Source: an uncultured Thermoleophilaceae bacterium (GTDB lineage: Bacteria; Actinomycetota; Thermoleophilia; Solirubrobacterales; Thermoleophilaceae). Taken from it: a stretch of DNA of 64,000 bases. A program made the position numbers and the translations under genes. Where the stretch lies: positions 4,996 to 68,995 of the forward strand of contig CAVVIK010000003.1 of NCBI GenBank assembly GCA_963748315.1. The letters are read 5' to 3'. Every line of letters starts with the position of its first letter. The first letter of the stretch is position 1. Below are positions 26,627-35,448 of the stretch, piece after piece. The notes below the pieces were generated by a model. The model was not told where the DNA came from. It did no database searches and saw only the letters and a list, made by a program, of their open reading frames with translations.

Positions 26627-27022
26627 CTAGTCGGTGGTGGCGGTGTTGATCACGTCTGTGTTGTCAAGACCGAGATCCAAACCGGCCGCCGCAGCCCAAA
26701 GGACGCACGCGTTGACGAGAGCGACGATGAAGGCGCCGAGAATCTGAGAGCCCTTCAGGTTGCCGGCCTCCAGCGCCTGCCAGAAAAAGAAGATGCCGAG
26801 TACCCCGGCGACGATTCCTGGGAACCAATGTCCTTCCCAACCAAACAGGGCATTGGCGACCTTCCACAGGACCGTGATGACAACGGATCCTCCGGCGAAC
26901 GTAGCCAGGCTTTGTGACGTAATGAAAGCTGGTTGGCTTACCTGCTCTGCGGGCGCGGAGTTGCCAGTATTCGCATCTAGGGGCGCGTCTCGTTTTGTCG
27001 TGATGTTGAAAAGTGAGTCCAT
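26627..27022 (-). CDS. hypothetical membrane protein
   Basis: The 131-aa ORF has three hydrophobic helices: FAGGSVVITVLWKVANALF, WFPGIVAGVLGIFFFWQAL and ILGAFIVALVNACVLWAAAAGL. Its codon usage is atypical of the flanks. Confidence 0.5.
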   Translation of the reverse strand: MDSLFNITTKRDAPLDANTGNSAPAEQVSQPAFITSQSLATFAGGSVVITVLWKVANALFGWEGHWFPGIVAGVLGIFFFWQALEAGNLKGSQILGAFIVALVNACVLWAAAAGLDLGLDNTDVINTATTD

Positions 27023-27607
27023 AGATTCACCCTACCCCCAATAGCGGTAATGCGCCACTCGAACGGGCGCCGGACGAGGGTCGGCGGGGGTAGTAGCGGG
27101 GCGATACCGGAGTTAGGTCTTCGCCTGCCTCAATCTTCATGGTGTCGACGGCAGCCCGGTGTTCCGTGAGTTCGGGCTGGCAATCAGTTCCCGCGAAATG
27201 TGGACGGCTCGGGGCCACGGCCCCACGAAAATCGACTCCGCCATGCTCGGTAAGCGATGAGGAGTTGGCTAAGCGATAGCGCTCTCAGTTGGTTGCAATT
27301 GTGCGCTGGCATTGACCGCATGACACGGCGACCAATGACCACCTCCGGTCGGTCGACAAGGGGCGCGGCCGTGTCACGCGGGATCCGCGGACGACAAGCT
27401 CACGTGGAGTCCGGCGGCGGTGAGTCCATGCCGAGCCCATCGCAACAAGCGAGTAGCGACGGCGCCGCCCCACACTTCCGGACCCCCGGGCGCCTGGGAA
27501 ACCAGGGGGAAACGCTGTCTCGATCCCAGCGGTCTCAGGCGGTTTCAGCCAACCCCGATTTCGCAGCGCCACGCGAAATCCCGCGCCCCAGCCAGAGCCG
27601 GGGCCGT

Positions 27608-27629
27608 TTCGAATCCCCGTGGCGGTACT
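27608..27629 (+). repeat. direct repeat copy 2 (orphan tRNA-Glu 3' end; putative attR)
   Basis: TTCGAATCCCCGTGGCGGTACT. It is preceded by CCGGGG as in the tRNA T-stem, but with an extra CCGT. Confidence 0.85.
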
Positions 27630-27704
27630 CGTCCCTGCCGTACTGGCGGCCAGGAGGCGGGCAAAAAGTGCAGAGAAGTCCTGCATAGGCCGATTTTCGA
27701 CCGC

Positions 27705-28691
27705 ATGCGCGCAGCCGCACTCGCCTTCGTGCTTGGGATTGGCCTCGTCCTGCCCGCGGCCGCTGACGCCAGCCGCGCGAACGTCGCCGCCCTCCAGGTG
27801 GCGATGCGTGCGCTCGGGTTGTACGGGAGCTCGGTCGACGGAATTGAAGGGCCTCTGACTCGCGGCGCCGTGCGCACCTACCAGCGCCGGCACGACTTGC
27901 AGGTGGACGGCATTGCGGGACCGCGCACGCGTCATGCGCTGGGACGACGTGGTGGGCCGCGACTCGGCAGCCGAAACATGCACAAGGGCATGCGCGGCTG
28001 GGACGTCGCCGCCCTCCAGTTCCTGCTTGCCAGTCGTGGCTACGGGCGGGGCGGATACGACGGCGGCTTCGGGCCGAACACGAAGGACGCTGTCCTCCGC
28101 TACCAGCGCGCTGTGGGGCTGACCGTCGATGGCATAGCGGGTCCCGCGACGCTGAGCGCACTCCGGCACCGGCGCGTGTACTCCACTCCGGGTGACCCGG
28201 TCCGGTTCTTCCGGCCGATCAGCGCGACGATCACCGATGGGTTCGGATGGGTCAGTGGACGCCAACACACCGGGCTCGACATGCCGGCCGCCTATGGCAG
28301 GCGCGTCGGCGCCGCGGGTCGTGGACGCGTGGCCTTCGCCGGCTGGAACTCAGGCGGCTACGGCAACCTCGTCGTCATCAAGCACCGCTTGGGCTTCGAG
28401 TCGTGGTACGCGCACCTGTCGAGCATCGCCGTGTCGCCGGGGCAGTGGGTCGTCGGCGGAAACACAATCGGCTACGTCGGCTCGACCGGCCGCTCGACCG
28501 GGCCACACCTCCACTTCGAAGTGCGCCATTTCGGCACTCCGATCGACCCGAGGCCGCGACTGCTCACCGCGGCGGCGGCACGCCTAGCGCCGAAGCAGGG
28601 CGCTCGCCGGCTCACCTGTCGCCCCAACGCGGACGCTCGGCGGACCAGGGGCGCCGATCCGCCGGTCGCTCGCTTCGGCCGCTGTCCGTGA
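27705..28691 (+). CDS. M23 family metallopeptidase with two peptidoglycan-binding (PG_binding_1) repeats
   Basis: ATG 27705 gives the signal peptide MRAAALAFVLGIGLVLPAAADA. The repeats are LGLYGSSVDGIEGPLTRGAVRTYQRRHDLQVDGIAGPRT and GGYDGGFGPNTKDAVLRYQRAVGLTVDGIAGPAT. The M23 motifs are HTGLD and GSTGRSTGPHLHFEV. Confidence 0.85.
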   Translation: MRAAALAFVLGIGLVLPAAADASRANVAALQVAMRALGLYGSSVDGIEGPLTRGAVRTYQRRHDLQVDGIAGPRTRHALGRRGGPRLGSRNMHKGMRGWDVAALQFLLASRGYGRGGYDGGFGPNTKDAVLRYQRAVGLTVDGIAGPATLSALRHRRVYSTPGDPVRFFRPISATITDGFGWVSGRQHTGLDMPAAYGRRVGAAGRGRVAFAGWNSGGYGNLVVIKHRLGFESWYAHLSSIAVSPGQWVVGGNTIGYVGSTGRSTGPHLHFEVRHFGTPIDPRPRLLTAAAARLAPKQGARRLTCRPNADARRTRGADPPVARFGRCP

Positions 28692-28810
28692 TCCTCATCA
28701 CTAGTCGCACAGGTTTCTTGCTCCTCCCAGCGCCTTTTGGAACTGACGTTTTACGCCCGCGATCAACGCGGTAAGCCAAGCCCGCTAGCAACCACTGAAA
28801 AGGGAGACAC

Positions 28811-29356
28811 GTGAAGAAACTCATGCTGATTGCGGTTGGGCTGGCACTGGTGGCGCTGCCTGCAAGTGCAGGCGCCAAGCAGGGCACCGCCGCAAAGAAG
28901 AAGGCAAGCGCAGAGTGCCGCGCCGAGCGGGGCGCTGCAGGAGCGGAGAACTTCCGCACCCTGTACCGGAGCTTCGGTCAGTGCGTGAGGCTGACGGTGC
29001 GCGAGAACCGGGCCGCGCGCGCGCAGGGGCGTGCCGCGGCGCGGGCCGAGGATCAGGCCGAGCTCAACGCGGCGCGGGAGTGCCGCGCCGAGCGCGATGA
29101 GATCGGCGACGAGCCGTTCGCCGAGCAGTACGGCACCAACCACAACAAGAGGAATGCCTTCGGCAAGTGCGTCTCCGGACGCGTTGCGCAGGAGGAGACC
29201 GAGGAACCGGAGGCAGAAACGACACCCGACGACGGCGAGGAAACCGAGCCGGACGACGGCGATGAGGAGACTCAGCCCGAGACCGGTGAGGAAGAGACTC
29301 CGCCGGACGACGGTGAGGAGACCCCTGACGACGACACCGCGGAGGACGTCGCGTAG
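28811..29356 (+). CDS. hypothetical secreted protein with duplicated Cys motif and acidic tail
   Basis: GTG 28811 follows AAAGGGAGA. The signal peptide is MKKLMLIAVGLALVALPASAGA. There are two ECRAER...F...Y....GxCV modules. The tail is rich in E, D, T and P. Confidence 0.6.
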   Translation: MKKLMLIAVGLALVALPASAGAKQGTAAKKKASAECRAERGAAGAENFRTLYRSFGQCVRLTVRENRAARAQGRAAARAEDQAELNAARECRAERDEIGDEPFAEQYGTNHNKRNAFGKCVSGRVAQEETEEPEAETTPDDGEETEPDDGDEETQPETGEEETPPDDGEETPDDDTAEDVA

Positions 29357-29385
29357 TCGCTCGACACAGGTCTCATCAGCTGGAG

Positions 29386-29411
29386 CGAGGGGCGCCTACT
29401 GGCGCCCCTCG
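29386..29411 (+). terminator. intrinsic-terminator-like hairpin
   Basis: A perfect 11-bp stem CGAGGGGCGCC / GGCGCCCCTCG with loop TACT, 30 nt after the stop at 29356. The downstream T-tract is weak (TCGTCTCAT). Confidence 0.55.
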
Positions 29412-29435
29412 TCGTCTCATCCGTAACGGTTATGA

Positions 29436-30020
29436 ATGGGCCGGCTGCCGAACAGCGCGCATACCTCGCACCCCTGGCGAATCCACGAGATCACGCGCGA
29501 CTTCCGGCTCGAGGACGTGTGGGCGCTGCCGACGCCCGGCGGGCCGGACGACTTCCCGCTGCTGGTCGACGCCCTCGCGTCCGGCGACCCGGAAGCGCAG
29601 AGCCCGTCCCGCCTCGCCCGCGCCCTGTGGGCGCTCCGCTGGAAGCTCGGCGAGTGGTTCGGCTGGGACGACGAGGACACCGGCGTCGGCTCCCGGGTGC
29701 CGACGCTGCGCGACCGGCTTCCGGCCGACCTGCGCGAGGGGCCGACAGGACCCGACTTCTCGACGCTGCCGTTCACGCCGATCTACCTGACCGACAGCGA
29801 GTGGGCGGCGGAGGTGGCGAACAAGACCGTGCACGGCGTGATGCACCTGGGCTGGGTCTCTGACGGCACAGGCGGCTACCGCGGCCAGATGGCTGTGCTC
29901 GTGAAGCCCAACGGACTGTTCGGCAACATCTACATGGCCGCGATCAGACCGTTCCGGCACCTGATCGTGTACCCGCCGGCGATGCGCCAGATTGGTCGCG
30001 CATGGCGGGAGCGAATCTGA
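29436..30020 (+). CDS. DUF2867 domain protein
   Basis: The 194-aa ORF contains FRLEDVWALP...ANKTVHGVMHLGWVSDGTGGYRGQMAVLVKPNGLFGNIYMAAIRPFRHLIVYPPAMRQI. This matches the DUF2867 pattern from memory. Confidence 0.55.
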   Translation: MGRLPNSAHTSHPWRIHEITRDFRLEDVWALPTPGGPDDFPLLVDALASGDPEAQSPSRLARALWALRWKLGEWFGWDDEDTGVGSRVPTLRDRLPADLREGPTGPDFSTLPFTPIYLTDSEWAAEVANKTVHGVMHLGWVSDGTGGYRGQMAVLVKPNGLFGNIYMAAIRPFRHLIVYPPAMRQIGRAWRERI

Positions 30021-30035
30021 GAAAGTCCCCGCTCG

Positions 30036-32740
30036 ATGAGGAGGGGGGTCTCCTGCGCAGTGATCGCGCTCGCCGCGTTGCCGGCGACTGCAGCCGCGCA
30101 GGATCCACCTCCGGTCACCGCCCCCGTCTTCCAGGGCTTCCGGTCGGTGCTCGCGCAGGGCGAGGGGCAGCAGCTCAACGCCGTCGAGTTCGGCTCCTAC
30201 CAGCTCTCCGGCGAGCCGCCCGAGACGTACACGAGCCAGCAGCCGCTCTACGTCGACATCATGCCGCGCGCGTCCGCGCTGACGACCGACGACCTCGACC
30301 GCTACTACAAGCACACGGAGTTCGGCGAGATGCCCGGCGGGGTCGGCACGCAGTACTCGCCGCGGCCAGGCGCGCAGGTCTTCCGCGACGCCGAGTTCGG
30401 GATGGCGCACATCTACGGCGACACGCGTTCCGACGTGATGTTCGGCGCGGGCTATGCGACGGCGGAGGAGCGGCTGTTCGCGATGGACATCCTCCGCCAC
30501 GCAGCGAAAGGAACGCTCGCCGAGCTGATCGGCCCGGACGGCGCCGAGATGGACCGCGAGCAGCTAACCGACCAGGACTTCACCGACGAGGAGCTGCGCG
30601 AGCAGTTCGACAACCTCCCGGAGCAAGTTCGGCGACACCGGCGTGCGCGGGCAGCAGGACATCCTCGACTACATCGCGGGCATCAACGCGCGCATCGACG
30701 ACGTGAAGAGCGACCCGACGATCCTGCCCGCCGAGTACGCGGCCCTCAACGTCAGCCCGGACGAGTGGGACGTGTCCGACAGCGTCGCGATGGCGGTGCT
30801 GCTGGTGACGCAGTTCACCGTGTCGAACGGCGGCGAGGAACGGAACGCGATGATGCGGCTCGAGTTCCGCAAGCGCTTCGGCAAGCGCTGGCGCGCGCGT
30901 TTCGACGACTTCCGCAACCGCGACGACCCGGAGACGTTCACGGTCGCGCGGCGCGAGCACCGCTCGGACAGGCCGGGCAGGCGGCGCGCGGGCGTGAACG
31001 TAATGCCGGACCTCGGCTCGATCGAGAGCTTCAATCCCCAGACGACGGGCCCGGGCGCCGCCGAGGCGGGCGCGACCGCGCCGTGGGTCGAGCGGGTGTC
31101 GAAGTTCAAGCGCGCCCTCCCCCACCACGCCTCGAACGGCGTCGTGGTCGGCTCGCGCTTCTCGGAGACCGGCCGGCCGCTGTGGGCCGCGGGCCCGCAG
31201 GTCGACTACTGGTCACCGCAGATCTTCGTCGAGTACGAGCTGCACGGAGGCGGGCTCGACGGAACCGGAGTGACGTTCCCCGGTGCCAGCCCGTGGCCAT
31301 TGATCGGACACGGGATCGACTTCGCATGGAGCGGCACGAGCGCGAACGGCGACAACCAGGACACGTTCGTCGAGTGGCTGTGCGAGCCGGACGGGTCCGA
31401 CCCGACGTCCGGAGAGCCGCAGCTACATGTACAAGGGCGACTGCACGCCGTTCCGCGAGCGCGACGTCTCGGTGACCACGCCGCCTCCGTCGGCCGGCAA
31501 CATGAGCCCGCAGGAGGAGATCGTCTACCACCCGCTGCGCTCCGTGCACGGGCCGGTCTTCGCGTTCGCGACGGTCGACGGCAAGCCCGTCGCGCTGACC
31601 AAGGCGAAGGGCGTCAACTTCCGCGAGCTCGACGCCGTGCTGCCGTTCATGCACGTGGCCGAGAACGAGCCGACCGGCTACCGGAGCTTCGTCCGCACCT
31701 TCAGCCCGTTCCCGGGGACGGAGAACTGGTTCTACGTCGACAACGAGCGCGCGGGCTTCATGCAATCCGGCTACTACCCCGCGCACGCGCGCGGAGCGGA
31801 CGTCGACCTCCCCTACAACGGCGACGGCAGCGGCGACTGGCAGGGCTTCGACCCCTCCGACTACACCTACGAGCACATCCCGCTTCGCCGGCGCCCGAAG
31901 GCGGTCGACTCGCGGCAGCCGATCATCATCAGCTGGAACCAGAAGGAGGCGCCCGGCTGGCGCAAGGGCCCGACCGAGTGGGGCGACGGGTCCGTCCACC
32001 ACGCCGAGATGCTCAACCGCTGGGTGCGGCGCGAGATCAGGAAGGGCGACGGCAAGATCGACCTGACCGCGCTGACGCGGGCGGTCAACCGCGCGGCGAC
32101 GACCGACCTGCGCGCGCAGCACGTCTACCCGTGGATGCGGCGCGTGATCCGCGGCGCGCGCGGCCAGAACAAGGAGCTCCTGGCACTCATCGACGAGTGG
32201 TGGAAGGCCGGCGGCCAGCGGCTCGACGAGGACGGCGACAACATCTACGAGCACAGCCCCGGTGTCGCGCTCTTCGACCAGTGGTGGCCGCTCTTCGTGC
32301 GCGCGTCGTTCCAGCCCGCGCTCGGCAAGAGCCTGTTCGACAAGGTCGAGGGCTTCCTCCCGCTCAGCAGCACGGTCTCAGGCGACTGGGGCTGGCGCTG
32401 GTCGAGCAACGTCGAGAAGGACCTGCGGATGGTGCTCGGACGCAGGGTCAGGGGCGCACACTCGCGTCTCTACTGCGGCGGCAAGAAGCAGCGCGGCGCG
32501 CGACGACGCTGCCGGGCGGTCCTGCTGCGGACGCTGAAAGACGCCGCTGCGGCCACCTCGGAGGAGTACGGCAGCGCCGACCCCGGCAACTGGCAGGTCC
32601 CGGCGCTGTGCGACGACGCCAGCCCGCCGACCTGCGACCAGAACGTCCCGACTGCGCTCGGGGCCGTGGACACCCCCGCCTTCCCGTGGCAGAACCGCGG
32701 GACCTACCACCAGGTCGTCGAGCTAACCGAGCACCGCTAG
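30036..32740 (+). pseudogene. penicillin acylase (S45, Ntn-hydrolase) family protein, two frame changes (~30,620-30,645 and ~31,415-31,430)
   Basis: The signal peptide is MRRGVSCAVIALAALPATAAAQ. The alpha-subunit part is FGMAHIYGDTRSDVMFGAGYATAEERLFAMDILRHAAKGTLAELIG (ORF 30036-31475). The beta-subunit N-terminal nucleophile region is HHASNGVVVGSRFSETGRPLWAAGPQVDYWSPQIFVEYELHGGG (ORF 30643-32937). The remainder YMYKGDCTPF...WFYVDNERAGFMQSGYYP...TYHQVVELTEHR* is in ORF 31427-32740. Confidence 0.75.
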
Positions 32741-33291
32741 CTCGGGAGGTCCTCGAGCCCCTCGTCCTGCTCGACGCCGAGCGAGTTCAGCGTGAACGCG
32801 ACCATGTGGTACTGGCCGACGACCATCGGGATCTCGATCAACTGCTTCTCGTCGTAGGCCTTCGCCAGCTGCGCCCAGGTGTCGTCGCCGATCTTCGCGT
32901 CCGCGTGCAGCTCGTCGGCCGCGCGCAGGAGCGCTGACTCCGCGTCGGACCAGCCGTCGGCGTCCGGGCCGTCGACGACGCGGTCGATCGTCTCGCGCTC
33001 GATCCCGCCCGCCTCGGAGATGCGCACGTGCTGTCCCCACTCGTACGGCGAGGCGCAGTTGAGCGCCGTGCGCAGGATCAGGAGCTCACGGTCGCGGCCC
33101 GACAGCGTCCCGGCCGTCAGCAGGTAGCCGCCGAACGGCATCCAGGCCTTGAACAGCTCCGGGTTGCGGGCGAAGGTCGAGAAGATGTTGAGCCGGCCGA
33201 GCGGCATGTCGGTGCCGGGCGGCTTCGCACCCAGGATCGGCGCGACGTCCTCGCCCCACTGGTCCTCGGGGAGCGGATCGATCCGTGCCAT
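32737..33291 (-). CDS. carboxymuconolactone decarboxylase (AhpD-like) family protein
   Basis: The 184-aa ORF contains NIFSTFARNPELFKAWMPFGGYLL...LSGRDRELLILRTALNCASPYEWGQHVRI. Confidence 0.7.
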   Translation of the reverse strand: MARIDPLPEDQWGEDVAPILGAKPPGTDMPLGRLNIFSTFARNPELFKAWMPFGGYLLTAGTLSGRDRELLILRTALNCASPYEWGQHVRISEAGGIERETIDRVVDGPDADGWSDAESALLRAADELHADAKIGDDTWAQLAKAYDEKQLIEIPMVVGQYHMVAFTLNSLGVEQDEGLEDLPS

Positions 33292-34070
33292 CAGGTCCTG
33301 AATCCCACGCCGAGCCCGCCGTCGACGACGAGGCTCTGGCCGGTCATGTACGAGGACTCGTCGCTCATCAGGAACAGCGCAGCGTACGCGACCTCCGACG
33401 CCGTGCCCTGGCGGCCGAGCGGGATGTGCACCTCGGCGCGCTGCGGCGCGAGCTTCGTGGCGAGCCGCCCCAGCGGCGTGTCGATCAGGCCAGGGATCAA
33501 GAGGTTCACTCGGACCGACGGCGCTCCCTCGATCGCGCCGTTGCGTACCAGCGACTCGAGCGCCCCCTTCGATGCGGCGTAGGCGGGCGAGGGCATCGTC
33601 TCGCGTGACGCCAGCGATCCGGTCAGGACGATCGAGCCGCCGTCGGCGAGCGCCGGGAGCCCGTGCTTGAGCCCGAGGAAGTGACCGCGCGCGTTCACGG
33701 CCATCACCCTGTCCCAGTCCTCGACCGTCGTCCCCTGCAGGCCGAGCCCGCCCGCGACGCCCACGTTCAGCACGATTCCGTCGAGGCCGCCCAGCCCCGA
33801 CTTCGCCTCGCCGACCATGCGCGCGACGTCGTCTTCATTCGAGGCGTCGGCTGCGATCGCTACGGCCGTGGCGTCCTCGGCCCGCACGAGTTCGGCTGTT
33901 TCTTCGGCGGTCGCCTCGTTCAGGTCGGCGACGGCGACCGTGGCGCCCTCGCGGGCGAAGAGCACGGACATCGCCCGGCCGTTCCCGACCGGCGGATCCT
34001 CGATGCCGTAGTTCTCCTGGCCGCCGCCGACAATGAGGATCTTCCGGCCCGCCAGTCGCTCCGCGCCCAC
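33291..34070 (-). CDS. SDR family oxidoreductase
   Basis: The 259-aa ORF has the Rossmann motif KILIVGGG, a catalytic YAASKGAL motif and the PG motif LIPGLIDTPL. Confidence 0.85.
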   Translation of the reverse strand: MGAERLAGRKILIVGGGQENYGIEDPPVGNGRAMSVLFAREGATVAVADLNEATAEETAELVRAEDATAVAIAADASNEDDVARMVGEAKSGLGGLDGIVLNVGVAGGLGLQGTTVEDWDRVMAVNARGHFLGLKHGLPALADGGSIVLTGSLASRETMPSPAYAASKGALESLVRNGAIEGAPSVRVNLLIPGLIDTPLGRLATKLAPQRAEVHIPLGRQGTASEVAYAALFLMSDESSYMTGQSLVVDGGLGVGFRT

Positions 34071-34091
34071 GGGCGCGACCCTACAGCTACG

Positions 34092-34421
34092 TCAGCGCGA
34101 CCGCGTGTCGCTCGGCTCGACCTCGGCATCCGGGTCGATCTCGGCCGCCTGCCGCTGGTGCTGCTCGGCCTCTGCCCGCGCGCTCTCGGCGCGAGCTGCC
34201 TGGTGCTCCGCGGCCGCGGCCTCGCGCCGCGCGCGAGCGGCCCGTTCCTCAGCCTGAGCCTTCTGCTGGTCGGCCTCCAGCCCACGGGTGTGTGCCGTCT
34301 GCCGAAGCTCGCCGGCTTCCTCGCGACGGCCCTCGAGCTGGCGCTCGCGTTGCTTGCGTACGAGCATCCAGATGATCGCCAGGACCACGAGCGCTGCCAA
34401 AACGATGAGCACGACTTCCAT
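34092..34421 (-). CDS. small membrane-anchored coiled-coil protein, hypothetical
   Basis: The N-terminal TM is MEVVLIVLAALVVLAIIWMLV. It is followed by an E/R/A/Q-rich helical region. Confidence 0.45.
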   Translation of the reverse strand: MEVVLIVLAALVVLAIIWMLVRKQRERQLEGRREEAGELRQTAHTRGLEADQQKAQAEERAARARREAAAAEHQAARAESARAEAEQHQRQAAEIDPDAEVEPSDTRSR

Positions 34422-34484
34422 GCGAACTCCCTCCTCGGGGTTTTGCAGCCCGTCCGCCCTAGGAGTGCCCGGTGTGGGGGTTCC

Positions 34485-35390
34485 CTAACCGCTCCGATGC
34501 CGCTCTGAGCGCTCGACCTCGGACACCCTGAGCTCCTTCGGCGCACCGGGCGCCTTCAGCCGCTTCGCCCTGGCGATATCGAACAGCTCCGGATCGAGCG
34601 CGCGGCAGCTGACCTCCGACACGAGCACCTGCTGCGGGCTCGCAGCCTCGACGACGCGTGCGGCGATGTTGACGTCGACGCCGAGGTAGTCGCCACCGAG
34701 CTTGCGCGGCTTCCCGGCGTGCACGCCGGACCGCAGGCGGGGCCGGTGCCCCGCAACTTCGATCTCCCCCATTCCGTCGCGAGCGTCGAGCGCTGCGACG
34801 ACCGCGTCATTCGAATGCTCGAACACGGCCATGGTGCCGTCGCCGAGGTGCTTGACGACGGCGCCGTCGTGTTCTTCGATCGCCGTGTCGATGACATCGC
34901 CGACTTCGCGCAGCAGCGCGATCGCCTGCTCGTCACCGACCTCGAGCGCCCACGACGAGAACCCGACCAGGTCGGTGAAGAGGAGTGCGACCTCCTCCGT
35001 TCCCCGGCCGCGGCCCGTCGCCTCGGACAGGTTCTGCCACACCTGGAGCGCGCCCAGGCCGAGCTCGTGGGCAACGCTCGGGCGATCGCTGCGCTGGAGA
35101 GCCGAGACCTGGCGCGCGATGACCGCGGGCGGCGCGTCGCCGGCGGTCGAGAGCGGGTCGCCGAAGCGCGCGTCTCCGGGGAGCCGCTTGCGCAGCCAGC
35201 GGGCGACAGCCAGCAGCTGTGGCGCGCTGTCGGCCTGGACCGCCCTGGCCCTGATCCGCGCCAGTCGCCGCTCCCGCTTGCCCTCGGTCTCCTCGAGCTC
35301 CTCTGCCACGGCGGCGAAGGCTCTCACAAGGCCGGTCGCTTTTCCGCGCTTGTCTTCGCGCGCGTGCGCGCGCACGCGTGAGTGGCCCAT
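34485..35390 (-). CDS. class III adenylate/guanylate cyclase domain protein
   Basis: The cyclase core reads VALLFTDLVGFSSWALEVGDEQAIALLREVGDVIDTAIEEHDGAVVKHLGDGTMAVF...SGVHAGKPRKLGGDYLGVDVNIAARV. Confidence 0.85.
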   Translation of the reverse strand: MGHSRVRAHAREDKRGKATGLVRAFAAVAEELEETEGKRERRLARIRARAVQADSAPQLLAVARWLRKRLPGDARFGDPLSTAGDAPPAVIARQVSALQRSDRPSVAHELGLGALQVWQNLSEATGRGRGTEEVALLFTDLVGFSSWALEVGDEQAIALLREVGDVIDTAIEEHDGAVVKHLGDGTMAVFEHSNDAVVAALDARDGMGEIEVAGHRPRLRSGVHAGKPRKLGGDYLGVDVNIAARVVEAASPQQVLVSEVSCRALDPELFDIARAKRLKAPGAPKELRVSEVERSERHRSG

Positions 35391-35448
35391 TCGGCTAGGG
35401 GTCAGGGGCGGACTTCAAGCGCTGGGCACCCGTGCCGATGCGATTCCC

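Larger units (their letters stand above)
25526..27629. mobile_element. putative tRNA-Glu-integrated element remnant (about 2.1 kb, no integrase)
   Basis: The element is bounded by the 22-nt direct repeat of the tRNA 3' end. It is visibly more AT-rich than its flanks. It carries only two convincing minus-strand ORFs plus ~450 and ~580 nt of apparently non-coding flank. Confidence 0.5.

Noticed and set aside
27480-27704. Possible c-di-AMP (ydaO-type) riboswitch upstream of the M23 peptidoglycan hydrolase
   Set aside because: Only a loose resemblance is visible (CAGCCAACCCCGA against the family's CAGCUAACCUCGUA). The other conserved blocks are not evident. The best-conserved stretch here is explained instead by the exact tRNA-Glu 3'-end repeat. 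cmsearch with RF00379 would settle it.
27285-28268. 327-aa minus ORF
   Set aside because: It is antisense to the M23 peptidase gene, which has a signal peptide, two PG-binding repeats and HxH catalytic motifs. Its composition is typical of an antisense frame.
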